Positions 30,858 through 41,225 of a stretch of DNA of 64,000 nucleotides are shown here, piece after piece. The position numbers and the translations under genes are program-made. Under the pieces are notes generated by a model. It was not told the origin of the DNA, did no database searches, and saw only the letters and a list, made by a program, of their open reading frames with translations. Every line of letters begins with the position of its first letter. Positions within the stretch are counted from its first letter, which is position 1. Source of the DNA: a virus; IMG/VR virus record IMGVR_UViG_3300008450_000004, positions 32,001 through 96,000 of that record; one strand, 5' to 3'.

Positions 30858-31632
30858 TCTAAAAAAAGAAGAATTTAAAAATTTTAATGTATTAATTATA
30901 GGTGATACATGTATAGATCAATTTATTTATGGTTCTGCTGTTCGTTTAGCACCCGAAGCACCTGTACCTGTATTTAATCCGTTAAATGAAGAAACTAATG
31001 CAGGAATGGCAGGCAATGTTGTTGCTAATCTAAAAGCATTAGGCATCCATACTTATTTTATATGCAACCCAGAAATTGTTACTAAAACAAGATATGTTGA
31101 TGATAGATCCGGACAAATTTTATTACGTGTAGATAAAAATGATAAAATAGCTCCAATTGAACCTGGTACAATTAAATCTATAAAAAACAATATGGTTAAT
31201 GGTACTAAATTAGATGCTATTATTGTTAGTGATTATGATAAAGGTTTTCTAGGAGAAGAAGATATTCAATTTATTTGTGAAAATAATACTAATGTATTCA
31301 TCGATACTAAAAAAATACTAGATAAATGGTGTGTTAATGCTTCATTTATTAAAATAAATCATGTTGAGTATGAACACACAGAATATTCTTTAAAAGACTT
31401 AAACATTGAAGACAAATTAATCATTACTTTATCAAACAAAGGATGCCAGTATAAAGGTAAATTATTTCCCGTTAATAAAGTTCAAATTAAAGACGTATCT
31501 GGAGCAGGAGATACTTTCCTTTCAGGATTAGTAGCAGAATATGTTTTAACTAAAAATATAGAAAAATCAATTAAATTTGCCCAAGAATGTGCTACTGTAG
31601 TAGTACAAAAACAAGGCGTAGCAACAGTATAA
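30850..31632 (+). CDS. HldE/RfaE kinase domain-like PfkB sugar kinase
   Basis: IGDTCID, RLAPEAPVPV, SDYDKG, DVSGAGDTF. Confidence 0.85.
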   Translation: MSNLKKEEFKNFNVLIIGDTCIDQFIYGSAVRLAPEAPVPVFNPLNEETNAGMAGNVVANLKALGIHTYFICNPEIVTKTRYVDDRSGQILLRVDKNDKIAPIEPGTIKSIKNNMVNGTKLDAIIVSDYDKGFLGEEDIQFICENNTNVFIDTKKILDKWCVNASFIKINHVEYEHTEYSLKDLNIEDKLIITLSNKGCQYKGKLFPVNKVQIKDVSGAGDTFLSGLVAEYVLTKNIEKSIKFAQECATVVVQKQGVATV

Positions 31633-31634
31633 TT

Positions 31635-33314
31635 ATGGTCACGTATAACATAGAATCAGTAGGCAATGTATCTTTTCATGAGCCACTCAATGCAGAAGCA
31701 TTTAAATTTAAACATGAAAAATTTTCAGAATTAATTCCCAAAGGCTCAATTGTTTTAGATATTGGTGCTCACGTTGGTGGATTTAGTATTGTATTTGGGA
31801 GTTGTGTAGGTGAAAATGGTAAAGTACTTGCTTTTGAACCTAATCCTAAAACGTATGGTGTGTTAGTAGAAAATGCAAAAAATAACCCTACTTTTAATAT
31901 CATTCCTCACAATTTAGCTAGCACCCCTGAAACCAAAAAATACACATTTAATTATTCAGATCCTACTTTATATAATAATGGAATGAATGGTGGTTATTTT
32001 GATGAACTAAAATATGGGGAACAAATAAAACAATTTCATGGTTATAAAGTAGAAGTAAATGGAGTAAATACTATTGATTTCTTAAAAGAAAAATATAGTG
32101 ATTTAGTTGATAAAATTAACTTTATTAAAACCGATACTGAAGGGTTAGATAAAGAAGTGTTAAAAACATTAGCACCGCTTATCAAGAAAAATAAACCTGT
32201 ATTAATGGTTGAAGCATTTAGAAGTTTAAATGAGGAAGAAATTGAAGATTTTTATAATGTTTTAAAATCGTTTGATTATGAAATATATGATGTATCTCCT
32301 TTGGATAATAAAACAGATTGTACTGGTCCCTTAACTAAAGAAGAATTTGGACATTATGTTCATCACGTAGTAGATAATGGTAATTTTTTCTGTTTCCATA
32401 AAGATGAAGTTCATAAATATAATTTGCCTCTTACTAAACCTGGTAAAACAGCAGTTGTTGTTTTTGGTAGAAATGATGGATATAAAGAAAAAGAACGATT
32501 TGCCATTCACTTAACTACAATGTTGGAAACATTTGATGAAGTAATTTATGTAGATTGGAATTCACCAACTCATAGTTTTTTATATGATGTTATGGATTTA
32601 ATTCCTAAAACTGGTAGATTAAAACATTTTGCTATTCCACCTGAATATGCGGATATGATGACCATGAATGATCCTAAAGCCCAAGTATGTAATACAGTTT
32701 TAGCATTTAATCTAGGTATAAGGCGCACTGATGCTGAATGGATTGTATTATCTACTACTGATATTATTCCTCCAACTAAAGAAGCATTAAATGATTTTAT
32801 TTTTAAAGCAAATAAAAATGCAATGTATTCGTTTAGTAGAAGAGATATTGAGTATGATGATGTAATTGCTAATCTAAATAATTTAAATGAACATAGAAAA
32901 CATCTAGATGCAACCACAGAACCAAGATATTTCCCAACTAAAGTAACCCCTAATGATAATTACAGTATGTTTAACTGCTGTGGTGATTTTCAATTAGCAA
33001 CTAAGAATCTATGGTTTAAAATTAGAGGATATGAAGAACCTATGTTATATGCTTGTTTTGTAGATACAAATGCTCAAAAGAAAGCTGTTTTATACGGATT
33101 TGATTTAGTACCAGTATATGATGTTCCTTTGTATCATATGTCTCATAAAGGTATGGGGAATGATGGAGCATCACCTTCAAAACAATTTTATAACGATGCT
33201 GGAGAATGGGTAGAATATTTTGACAAATACATAGAACATGATCATATTATGTTTTCACGTAATGCTGATACTTGGGGATTTTCAAATGTTGAAATTGAGT
33301 ATGAGGTGATTTAA
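31635..33314 (+). CDS. FkbM-type methyltransferase fused to a GT-like domain
   Basis: VLDIGAHVG, AFEPNP, FIKTDTEG; second half GRNDGY, VDWNS, NLGIRR, CCGDFQL. Confidence 0.75.
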   Translation: MVTYNIESVGNVSFHEPLNAEAFKFKHEKFSELIPKGSIVLDIGAHVGGFSIVFGSCVGENGKVLAFEPNPKTYGVLVENAKNNPTFNIIPHNLASTPETKKYTFNYSDPTLYNNGMNGGYFDELKYGEQIKQFHGYKVEVNGVNTIDFLKEKYSDLVDKINFIKTDTEGLDKEVLKTLAPLIKKNKPVLMVEAFRSLNEEEIEDFYNVLKSFDYEIYDVSPLDNKTDCTGPLTKEEFGHYVHHVVDNGNFFCFHKDEVHKYNLPLTKPGKTAVVVFGRNDGYKEKERFAIHLTTMLETFDEVIYVDWNSPTHSFLYDVMDLIPKTGRLKHFAIPPEYADMMTMNDPKAQVCNTVLAFNLGIRRTDAEWIVLSTTDIIPPTKEALNDFIFKANKNAMYSFSRRDIEYDDVIANLNNLNEHRKHLDATTEPRYFPTKVTPNDNYSMFNCCGDFQLATKNLWFKIRGYEEPMLYACFVDTNAQKKAVLYGFDLVPVYDVPLYHMSHKGMGNDGASPSKQFYNDAGEWVEYFDKYIEHDHIMFSRNADTWGFSNVEIEYEVI

Positions 33315-33334
33315 TATTTATTTAAAATAAATTT

Positions 33335-33880
33335 ATGACAAAAAATAAACGTATTTTAGATAAATCAAGTAGAGTAATAACTTTAGGTGATATAAACAAC
33401 GATAATGCGTGTTCTGTAATAAATTTTATTTATGATATAAATAACGAAGATGAACCTAAAGAAGCAGACAAACGCAAACCAATTCAATTAATTATAAACT
33501 CACAAGGAGGAAGTGTATATGATGGTATAGGAATAGTAGACGTTATTGAACAATCTATAACACCTATACATATATATGTTCATGGTCAGGCACAATCAAT
33601 GGCTTTTGCTATAGTTACATCAGGACATTATAGATATGCAGGAAAACGTGCAGTTTTTATGTATCATCAAGTAAGTTGGGAAATGGCTCAAGAAAAACTT
33701 ATACAACATGAACAAGAAGTAAAAGAAGGAAAACGTTTGTGGAAAGTATATGATGATATTGTTTTAACTAATACTAAAATACAATTAAAACAATTAAAAC
33801 AAATCCATAAGGAACGTAAAGAATGGTATCTGACTGCAGAAGAAGCACTTAAATTAGGTGTAATTGACGAAATTCTTTAA
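33335..33880 (+). CDS. ClpP-like protease subunit
   Basis: INSQGGSVYDG, AQSMA (Ser), MYHQ (His), YLTAEEALKLGVIDEI. Confidence 0.85.
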   Translation: MTKNKRILDKSSRVITLGDINNDNACSVINFIYDINNEDEPKEADKRKPIQLIINSQGGSVYDGIGIVDVIEQSITPIHIYVHGQAQSMAFAIVTSGHYRYAGKRAVFMYHQVSWEMAQEKLIQHEQEVKEGKRLWKVYDDIVLTNTKIQLKQLKQIHKERKEWYLTAEEALKLGVIDEIL

Positions 33881-33940
33881 TATTATATATTTATTAATGT
33901 GTTAAAATAGGAAAACTAAATAACAATAAATACAAATAAT

Positions 33941-34225
33941 ATGAACCCAAAATTAATAGTAGATATAAACAAAAACGAAACAAAAAAGGGTATTAAAGTA
34001 CAATTCGTGTTTCCTGAGCAACTTCAAGGTGATCAAAAAGCTGAAATGACTCAAAAGATACAACAAAAGTTAACTCAAGGGTTAATGCCCTATAAATTAA
34101 CTGTAAGTCAAGACACAGATGTACCTTATGAAAACATAATAGGATTTTTAATTCCTATATCAGACATAAAACTACTAATTAAAGATGCAATAATGGGTAC
34201 CGATAAAGTACCAAATAATATGTAA
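33941..34225 (+). CDS. hypothetical protein
   Basis: 94-aa ORF preceded by ATATTTAT motif. Confidence 0.7.
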   Translation: MNPKLIVDINKNETKKGIKVQFVFPEQLQGDQKAEMTQKIQQKLTQGLMPYKLTVSQDTDVPYENIIGFLIPISDIKLLIKDAIMGTDKVPNNM

Positions 34226-34228
34226 TAT

Positions 34229-34564
34229 ATGAAAAAAAGAAAAATACCAATTCTTAAATTATCTATATCTTCGGATACAGATTATTCTGAAATGATAAAT
34301 ATCCCTGGTGTAAAAGACGTTGTGATAGATGAGTTGGTATTAGCTATTAAAGAAGGAGTACTAAATAAAAAGAAAAGTATATCCTTATTTGCCTTAGCAA
34401 ACACAGAATATTATATTAATGTAGATAAAGAGCAATGGAATGCTTCTTTAAACAATGCTTTAAATTATTATGTTAATATAGAAAATTACAATAAATGTAT
34501 TGAATGTAGAGATATTATAAATCAATTAAGTTATGAACAACCATCCAGAAAATCAGACAAATAA
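34229..34564 (+). CDS. hypothetical protein with UVR-like C-terminus
   Basis: ENYNKCIECRDII resembles the UVR E.YE.AA..RD motif. Confidence 0.6.
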   Translation: MKKRKIPILKLSISSDTDYSEMINIPGVKDVVIDELVLAIKEGVLNKKKSISLFALANTEYYINVDKEQWNASLNNALNYYVNIENYNKCIECRDIINQLSYEQPSRKSDK

Positions 34565-34958
34565 AATTAAAAACACCATAGAGAATATTATAGGCGCTAA
34601 TACTACTCTTAAACGCAAAAGAAAAACAGAAGAAGACGTTAATCGAGAATGCTTTGAAAAACTAATTACATCATTAGAAGAAATAGAAGTACGCTCAGTT
34701 TTATTAGAAGAAGAGTTTGAGTTAGGATTACATAAATATGAAGAAAACTTCTATTCAGTTATAAATTCTTTGTTACTTTTATACCTAGGAAAAGAGGCTT
34801 TATCCGTAGTAAATTTTTATCTATTTGATAGATTTAATTTAGACGGTTCAGAAAATCATATTACTGATAAAGAAGGGAATATAATACCCTTACAAAATCC
34901 TACTGATTTATGGGATGTTGTTCAGTTTATAAAAGGAAACGTATCTAAAAATGAGTAA
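34533..34958 (+). CDS. hypothetical protein
   Basis: 141-aa ORF. Confidence 0.7.
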   Translation: MNNHPENQTNKIKNTIENIIGANTTLKRKRKTEEDVNRECFEKLITSLEEIEVRSVLLEEEFELGLHKYEENFYSVINSLLLLYLGKEALSVVNFYLFDRFNLDGSENHITDKEGNIIPLQNPTDLWDVVQFIKGNVSKNE

Positions 34959-35604
34959 ACCTAAGGGATCTAAAGGAGCACCATCTAAACATTATTCAAA
35001 AGCAGATTTATTACGAGCAATGCGCTTTACTAAATCAATAAAAGCGGCTGCTCGTTATCTAGGGTGTAGTTATCAACATATAAAACCATACTTTAAAATG
35101 TATAGGTTAGATGATAGTGATATAAATTCACCTACCTTATTTGAAGTACATAAAAATCAACAAGGTAAAGGTATACCTAAATATTTACCTAATAGGCGTA
35201 AAGAACCAAATGTTAAAAATATTGTAACAACGGGTACTGGTTGGGAATCATTTAGTGAAAATAAAATAAAAGCAAGATTAATTGCTGAGGGTTATGTTAA
35301 AGATGAGTGTTATAAATGTGGGTTTTGTGAAAAACGAATGACTGATTATAAAACACCACTATTACTAAATTTCAAAGATGGCAGTAAATTAAACTATCTA
35401 TTAGATAATCTAGAATTAGTATGTTATAATTGCTATTTTCTATATGTAGCCGATCCTATGTCATCAGATCAAATTAGAGATATTGAAAGTAACCAACAAG
35501 TAAAAACAATATCGTTTGATTGGGAAACAGAAAAATATGTTCCTTCTACAATAATAGATGATGAACATCTTGAAAATATGAAAGCTTTAGGTTTATTAGT
35601 TTAG
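34951..35604 (+). CDS. HTH plus degenerate HNH-like protein
   Basis: SIKAAARYLGCSY HTH; CYKC...FKDGSKLN...NLELVCYNC. Confidence 0.6.
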   Translation: MSKPKGSKGAPSKHYSKADLLRAMRFTKSIKAAARYLGCSYQHIKPYFKMYRLDDSDINSPTLFEVHKNQQGKGIPKYLPNRRKEPNVKNIVTTGTGWESFSENKIKARLIAEGYVKDECYKCGFCEKRMTDYKTPLLLNFKDGSKLNYLLDNLELVCYNCYFLYVADPMSSDQIRDIESNQQVKTISFDWETEKYVPSTIIDDEHLENMKALGLLV

Positions 35605-35653
35605 TTTGGAAAAGCAAAGAAAAAATTTTATATTTAATTAAATAAAAAAAAAT

Positions 35654-35944
35654 ATGAGTTACGATTTATCAGAAAAATTTAATGATTTTACAATTCCTAA
35701 AGAGGCACTTGAACAAATCAAAACAGGTTTAATTACAATCCCTAAAAATATGCTTAAAACAATATTATTTGCAGGAGAAAATAAACTGACCAATTATGAT
35801 ATTGATTATTGGGTAGCAGTAAAACCTAAGCGTCAATCCGATGAAAATTTACCTACTTATAAAGCAAGACGTAAATTTCAAAATGCCTTAACAAAGTATA
35901 GACCATATCTTTACGATTACTCAGAAAACAATATAATAATATAA
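35654..35944 (+). CDS. hypothetical protein
   Basis: 96-aa ORF after promoter motif. Confidence 0.65.
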   Translation: MSYDLSEKFNDFTIPKEALEQIKTGLITIPKNMLKTILFAGENKLTNYDIDYWVAVKPKRQSDENLPTYKARRKFQNALTKYRPYLYDYSENNIII

Positions 35945-35949
35945 TAAAC

Positions 35950-36174
35950 ATGAAATACTATCAAGTACAAGTACAATTTACCTTAGATGAAGGTAAAAAA
36001 CAAAAATTAGCATATTTAGTAGACGCTGAAAGTTGCATCGAAGCAGAAACAAATACTGTAAAACACTTAATGGGTGCTGGAGAGCATAATTTTGAAGTAA
36101 AATCAGTAGTAGAATCTAAAATAGTAGATGTAATATATGTATCAACAGTAACAGAAAATAAAGAAGAAGAATAA
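35950..36174 (+). CDS. DUF4494-like protein
   Basis: YLVDAESCIEAE...FEVKSV.ESKIVDV resembles Bacteroidota DUF4494. Confidence 0.6.
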   Translation: MKYYQVQVQFTLDEGKKQKLAYLVDAESCIEAETNTVKHLMGAGEHNFEVKSVVESKIVDVIYVSTVTENKEEE

Positions 36175-36175
36175 A

Positions 36176-36340
36176 ATGAAAAAAGTAGCAATCTTAGTAT
36201 TATTAGCGGCAACTATTGTTGCTTGCCAATCAACAGAAAATAAAACAGTATCAACAACCGATTCAACATTTATTGAAGTAGATTCAATGGAATTTGAACC
36301 AATAGTTCAAGATACCTTCACTACAGAAGTAGTAAACTAA
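36176..36340 (+). CDS. small lipoprotein (54 aa)
   Basis: read by hand: MKKVAILVLLAATIVA-C lipobox. Confidence 0.65.
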   Translation: MKKVAILVLLAATIVACQSTENKTVSTTDSTFIEVDSMEFEPIVQDTFTTEVVN

Positions 36341-36344
36341 CAAT

Positions 36345-36485
36345 TAGGTACCACGATGCTTCCCGTAAGATCAGCACACTGTCAGTGGTCATTTAGTGAC
36401 ATAAACGAATAGCCCAAGGTATAAGTTACAGTCACATCCCCAACAAAGACTAGAAGACGTTCTAGAAACTGGTTGGGTTTTTTAT
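36345..36485 (+). ncRNA. candidate structured RNA / terminator region
   Basis: GC-elevated non-coding gap with hairpins (cactg-t-cagtg; ctagaa...ttctag; cccaac...gttggg + T tract). Confidence 0.3.
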
Positions 36486-36494
36486 TTTAAAACA

Positions 36495-36785
36495 ATGAAT
36501 ATAGGAAGTATAGTAGAATGTATAAATGATTCATTTGATTCAAAATCAATTGAATTAATACCCAATAGACCTAAAAAAGGAAAAATTTATACTATTAAAG
36601 GTATTAAAGATTATCCTGATAAAAATTCTACAGGGGTGTTATTAGAGGAAATAATCAATGAACCTTTAATGTTACCTAATTTAGAGGGATTATTTGAACC
36701 TACATTCAATATTGAACGATTCAGAGAATTACCAGAAGTAAATATTGAAGAATTAATTGAAGAATTAACATTAACTCATGACTAA
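36495..36785 (+). CDS. hypothetical protein
   Basis: 96-aa ORF. Confidence 0.7.
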   Translation: MNIGSIVECINDSFDSKSIELIPNRPKKGKIYTIKGIKDYPDKNSTGVLLEEIINEPLMLPNLEGLFEPTFNIERFRELPEVNIEELIEELTLTHD

Positions 36786-37446
36786 AATAGTTTTTATAAG
36801 TGATACACATACAATGCATGAAGACTTAGTATTACCTCAAGGTGATATTTTAGTCCATGCTGGTGATTTTACCGGAAGAGGTAAACCACACGAGGTAGAA
36901 AATTTTTTTAGTTGGTTAGAAAAACAATCTAAATTCTTTAAACATATTATTTTTATTGCTGGTAACCATGATATATGCTTTGAATATAAAAGTACTTGGG
37001 TTGTAGATGCAATAAAATCTCTACCAGATAACATACATTACTTAGAAGATTCTGAGGTTATTATTGATGATATTAAATTTTATGGTTCACCATGGCAACC
37101 TGAATTTTTTAATTGGGCATTCAACTTACCAAGAGGAAAAGCATTAGAAGAAAAATGGGATATGATTCCACAAGATGTTGATGTATTAATCACTCATGGC
37201 CCTCCAATGTATATATTAGATTATACTATAAGAGATATGTGGAATGTAGGGTGTTTAGCTTTATACAACAAAGTATTACAAATTAAACCAAAACTTCATG
37301 TATTTGGGCATATTCACGAAGGATATGGTGTAAAAGAGCATGAAGGTATTACATTTGTAAATGCAAGTAGTGCAACAATTGGATATTCTTTAACAAATAA
37401 ACCCATTGAAATTAAATATACTAAAGAAAATATAGAATTTTTTTAA
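36778..37446 (+). CDS. calcineurin-like metallophosphoesterase
   Basis: SDTH, HAGD, AGNHD, THGPP, FGHIHEG. Confidence 0.9.
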   Translation: MTKIVFISDTHTMHEDLVLPQGDILVHAGDFTGRGKPHEVENFFSWLEKQSKFFKHIIFIAGNHDICFEYKSTWVVDAIKSLPDNIHYLEDSEVIIDDIKFYGSPWQPEFFNWAFNLPRGKALEEKWDMIPQDVDVLITHGPPMYILDYTIRDMWNVGCLALYNKVLQIKPKLHVFGHIHEGYGVKEHEGITFVNASSATIGYSLTNKPIEIKYTKENIEFF

Positions 37447-37509
37447 TGATTTTAAATAGTTATTATATTTATTGACAATCAAGTTTGTAGATAATTAAAA
37501 TATAAAACT

Positions 37510-37797
37510 ATGATTAAAATTTTTAAAGAATTATTTAACGATAACAACTCTATCAACGAAAAAGCGGTGGTAGGTTTTATCGCTTTTTTTATGCTTGTCG
37601 TGGCATTAGGGGTAGATCTTATTACAGGTTACTTTGGTTCACCCTTAGTATTAAATGAATTCATATTTGATGGATTTATGGTTATTGTTTTAGGTTCATT
37701 TGGTATAGCATCTGTGGATAAATGGATGAATAAAAAAGATAAACGTAATGGTGAAGAAAATAACAACAGCAACAACGATAACAAAGGAGACGAGTAA
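37510..37797 (+). CDS. two-TM membrane protein, holin-like
   Basis: two hydrophobic segments and charged C-terminus. Confidence 0.5.
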   Translation: MIKIFKELFNDNNSINEKAVVGFIAFFMLVVALGVDLITGYFGSPLVLNEFIFDGFMVIVLGSFGIASVDKWMNKKDKRNGEENNNSNNDNKGDE

Positions 37798-37807
37798 CAT
37801 AGTGAAA

Positions 37808-38056
37808 ATGCCTATTTCATTTGAACAATTTTCAAAAGACCCAGTTAAAGGGTTATTATTTATAGTTCTTATTGCTATTGGTTACTTATATGTTGATGGT
37901 AAAATGAATTACCAATCACAAATAGAAAAACATGAAGCAAAAATAGTATTATTAGAAAATAAAACTGAACTATTATACACAGCCCTTAAACGTAGCGATA
38001 GTGCTCTAGCAGTAACTGTTACTAAATTAGAAATCTTAACTCAAATGTCTAAATAA
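37808..38056 (+). CDS. single-TM coiled-coil protein
   Basis: within ORF 37748..38056; TM LLFIVLIAIGYLYV then coiled coil; start uncertain. Confidence 0.55.
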   Translation: MPISFEQFSKDPVKGLLFIVLIAIGYLYVDGKMNYQSQIEKHEAKIVLLENKTELLYTALKRSDSALAVTVTKLEILTQMSK

Positions 38057-38391
38057 TGAAAATAATCTCAATCTTTTTTTTAATAGCTATATTAGCTATA
38101 ACAACCTCCGAACCAGTAAGAAAAAAAGAATCGGAAGTTGATGTAGAAGCAATCTTAGTTAAATGCGATAAAAACTTAATTAAAGCATCAACAATAACTA
38201 AAAAAGCAGATCAACAACAAAAATCTAAAATGATTGAGTTACATGAAACTGTAACTAAATTAAAAGAAGAAAAAAAAGAATTAGAAACTACATTAATTAA
38301 AACAAAACATGAACTACAAACTGTTAAAGAAGTTATCAATAACAATGTTGTTGATACTGGTGAGCGCTTCGACTTATTCCCAAAGGACTAG
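38056..38391 (+). CDS. signal/TM-anchored coiled-coil protein (spanin-like)
   Basis: N-terminal hydrophobic segment, long heptad region. Confidence 0.5.
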   Translation: MKIISIFFLIAILAITTSEPVRKKESEVDVEAILVKCDKNLIKASTITKKADQQQKSKMIELHETVTKLKEEKKELETTLIKTKHELQTVKEVINNNVVDTGERFDLFPKD

Positions 38392-39124
38392 AACAATAGG
38401 CTCAGATACATTTGTAGTGTTTACTCGTGAGCAAGCAAAAGCTATTAGCGATACATTTGTATCTCAAAGACAAACCATAAAAAAATTAAAACAAACTGAT
38501 AGTCTTTATATTATTAAAGAAAAACAATATAATACACAAGACAGTACTAAAAGAATAAAAGACAGCCTCACTTACTTTGAACAAATAATCCCAACGCTAA
38601 CTGAAATAAAAGAGTTATTAGCAATTCAAGTTGAGGTACCATTTAGAAATAATTTTGAAATTGGAGTTGGAGTTGGGGCATCAACATATTTTGGAGCGTA
38701 TCGATCATTTAATACCTTAATAAATACTAAATACTATATTCCGTTAAGTATAGGTATATTGAAATATAATTATCACAAACATTTAACAACACGGTTTGAA
38801 ATAATATCTACTCAAGTATCAACAGGTCCAATCAATAAACAAATAGTAGCGGGTGCATTACTCGCAGATTATAACATTGCCCCAAACATTTATAGTATTC
38901 GAGTAGGTATGATCCCCTTAATAAGTATTGGATATACAGTCTTTGGATTACCAAATGAATCACTGATTATTGGTGCTGGGTTGAAAGGGTATTTTACATC
39001 TAAAACAGCACTTGAATTAAATATCAGATACCAATTAACAGATTTAGATAATATAGGTAGTAATGATCATTTTATATGGGGTCATTTAATGATAACAAGA
39101 AAAATAAATCATAAAAATAAATAA
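38309..39124 (+). CDS. secreted protein with C-terminal outer-membrane beta-barrel-like domain
   Basis: signal peptide; FEIGVGVGASTYFG, IIGAGLKGYF, LELNIRYQLTDLD amphipathic strands. Confidence 0.55.
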   Translation: MNYKLLKKLSITMLLILVSASTYSQRTRTIGSDTFVVFTREQAKAISDTFVSQRQTIKKLKQTDSLYIIKEKQYNTQDSTKRIKDSLTYFEQIIPTLTEIKELLAIQVEVPFRNNFEIGVGVGASTYFGAYRSFNTLINTKYYIPLSIGILKYNYHKHLTTRFEIISTQVSTGPINKQIVAGALLADYNIAPNIYSIRVGMIPLISIGYTVFGLPNESLIIGAGLKGYFTSKTALELNIRYQLTDLDNIGSNDHFIWGHLMITRKINHKNK

Positions 39125-39195
39125 AAGTAAATTATTTAAAATATTTATTAAATTAAGCTTTGCTACGCAAGGCTTTTTTTGTATTATTACATAAA

Positions 39196-39654
39196 ATGGA
39201 ATTAATAAGCACACATATATGTAAAGCATCAGATATTGGTATACATAACAATATGTTTGGAGGTACATTAGTTGGCTGGGTAGATGAAGCCTCAGCAGTA
39301 TATTCTGCTCAAATCTGTGATACACCTAGAATGATTACTATTAAAGTAGATGAATTTATCTTTAAAAAACCAATAAAGTTAGGAAATATTATAAAGATTT
39401 ATGGGAAAGTAGCAGAGTTCGGAAATACATCTATAACATTATACATTGAAGCTAGAAAACATAATGTATATACAGGCATTCAAGAAGTCGTAACTCATAC
39501 AAAAATGAAATTTGTAAGAATAGATGATGAAGGTAATCCTCTTCGTATATCTAACCGTGTAAAAGAACGATATTGGGGTCGTTTAAAAACTTTTGGTAAA
39601 GGACTTCTTTCTACAGAAGAAAAAGAATTAGAAATAATTCCAAAACTAAAATAA
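39196..39654 (+). CDS. hotdog-fold acyl-CoA thioesterase
   Basis: NNMFGGTLVGWVDEA, FKKPIKLG, GNTSI, FVRIDDEGNP. Confidence 0.85.
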   Translation: MELISTHICKASDIGIHNNMFGGTLVGWVDEASAVYSAQICDTPRMITIKVDEFIFKKPIKLGNIIKIYGKVAEFGNTSITLYIEARKHNVYTGIQEVVTHTKMKFVRIDDEGNPLRISNRVKERYWGRLKTFGKGLLSTEEKELEIIPKLK

Positions 39655-39774
39655 AATATTTAAAAATATGATGATAGTAATTTTAACAATAATAATATGG
39701 GAAATAATAAAACCATATTTAATAAAAATGTTTTATAAAATATTAGGAGAATAATAAATTTTATATTTAAAAAT

Positions 39775-40359
39775 ATGATAACATTAATTCAACAATTTAA
39801 AACTTGGCTTTGGAAAAACATTGGATGGAATATTCAGTGGATATATATGAGATTTTATAATCTATATAGATGGCTTCCAATAATCTGGAAAGATCGTGAT
39901 TGGGATGATTGGTATATATTTAATATACTTCAAATTAAATTAAAACATCAAGCAGAGTATATTGGAACTAAAGATCGTCATACTAGAGCTCAATATGATG
40001 CTCAACGTATGAGAACATGTGTGCGATTAATAGAAAAAATAAAAGAAGAATTTTATCAAGACGAATATATGGAATATCATGACACTAAATTTTATTCTGA
40101 GCCAGTGGATGATCATCCTGGGTATCATAGTTTACAAATAGAAACTTTATCTGAAAACTTTGATGAATATTTCTTAGCATATCCGTTAGACTATAAAAGA
40201 GTCCTTAATGGAGCTGGGTGGTTAGATATTAATGAATGTAAGGATGATGCTGACAAAAGACATCGAATTGCTATGAATATGTCTCATTTAAGAGGACAAC
40301 GAGCAAAGAAAATATTATTCCAGCTCTTAGATAGACATATTGAAGGATGGTGGGATTAG
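39775..40359 (+). CDS. conserved phage hypothetical protein
   Basis: WLPIIWKDRDWD, C-terminal GWWD. Confidence 0.75.
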   Translation: MITLIQQFKTWLWKNIGWNIQWIYMRFYNLYRWLPIIWKDRDWDDWYIFNILQIKLKHQAEYIGTKDRHTRAQYDAQRMRTCVRLIEKIKEEFYQDEYMEYHDTKFYSEPVDDHPGYHSLQIETLSENFDEYFLAYPLDYKRVLNGAGWLDINECKDDADKRHRIAMNMSHLRGQRAKKILFQLLDRHIEGWWD

Positions 40360-40418
40360 TTTAAAAGGCAAGGTAAAAATATTATCTTCACATAACTCAT
40401 TACTAAATAAATAAAAAT

Positions 40419-40670
40419 ATGATTATAGCAATAACAATTTTATCTGTATTATTAGTTATTACAATATTATTTGTAATAGCAGGTATAATACACATTCTAA
40501 AAATTCAAAAAGAATTAAATTCAATAAGTGAAGAACAGTCACGCCAAAACGAGGACATCAGGAATTTAATGATTGCTCATATGACATTAGTTCAAGCATT
40601 AAAAGATGCAACAGAAATAGAACAATTAAATAAAGTTTATAATTACAATAAAATAAAAGGAGAAGCATAG
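40419..40670 (+). CDS. TM plus coiled-coil protein
   Basis: hydrophobic N-terminus. Confidence 0.65.
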   Translation: MIIAITILSVLLVITILFVIAGIIHILKIQKELNSISEEQSRQNEDIRNLMIAHMTLVQALKDATEIEQLNKVYNYNKIKGEA

Positions 40671-40671
40671 T

Positions 40672-40941
40672 ATGGTAAATACCACAGTTGACATAGACAT
40701 AGATGATATACTTTGGAGTATGTCTAAGTATAAAAAACAAAAAATGGCTGATGCACTATATGATGATGGAATTATACCTACATATCTTAATGCTGATGTT
40801 GCTGTTTGGGAAAGTAGAATACCTCAAACTAATCTAGAAAAAGAATTATCTGAAATACTTGATAAAGTATGGGATAACAAAAGATTTATTAATAATGATG
40901 ATTTAGAGGTATTAAGATATCTTTCGAAAAAAGGATTATAA
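40672..40941 (+). CDS. hypothetical protein
   Basis: 89-aa ORF. Confidence 0.65.
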   Translation: MVNTTVDIDIDDILWSMSKYKKQKMADALYDDGIIPTYLNADVAVWESRIPQTNLEKELSEILDKVWDNKRFINNDDLEVLRYLSKKGL

Positions 40942-40973
40942 TAGGCAAAGCTCTTTAACTACATTTACCTCAA

Positions 40974-41177
40974 ATGGTAAAAAAACGTAAAAAATGGATT
41001 CCACCAAAAGAGTTTATTGTAATAAGTGACGATGGTTATTTTGTTGGGTTACATAAGGGGGGTAAGTTTAAATGGTCATTTGAATTATCTGAAGCTAAAC
41101 CACTTACCAACATCGAGCAATTTGATACAATAAAAAAAGGTTACATTGGCAAGGAAGTTTTATTAGATTTCATTTAA
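40974..41177 (+). CDS. hypothetical protein
   Basis: 67-aa ORF after promoter motif. Confidence 0.6.
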   Translation: MVKKRKKWIPPKEFIVISDDGYFVGLHKGGKFKWSFELSEAKPLTNIEQFDTIKKGYIGKEVLLDFI

Positions 41178-41225
41178 GAATAAAAAAGATTAGGATCGTC
41201 AAGATCCTTTTCTTATCTTTACACT

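Noticed and set aside
8100-33880. Cellular (bacterial chromosome) origin of the window
   Set aside because: T4-like PolB/clamp/loader, multiple homing endonucleases, long single-strand gene runs and many tiny ORFs fit a large phage despite groEL, clpP-like and sugar genes.
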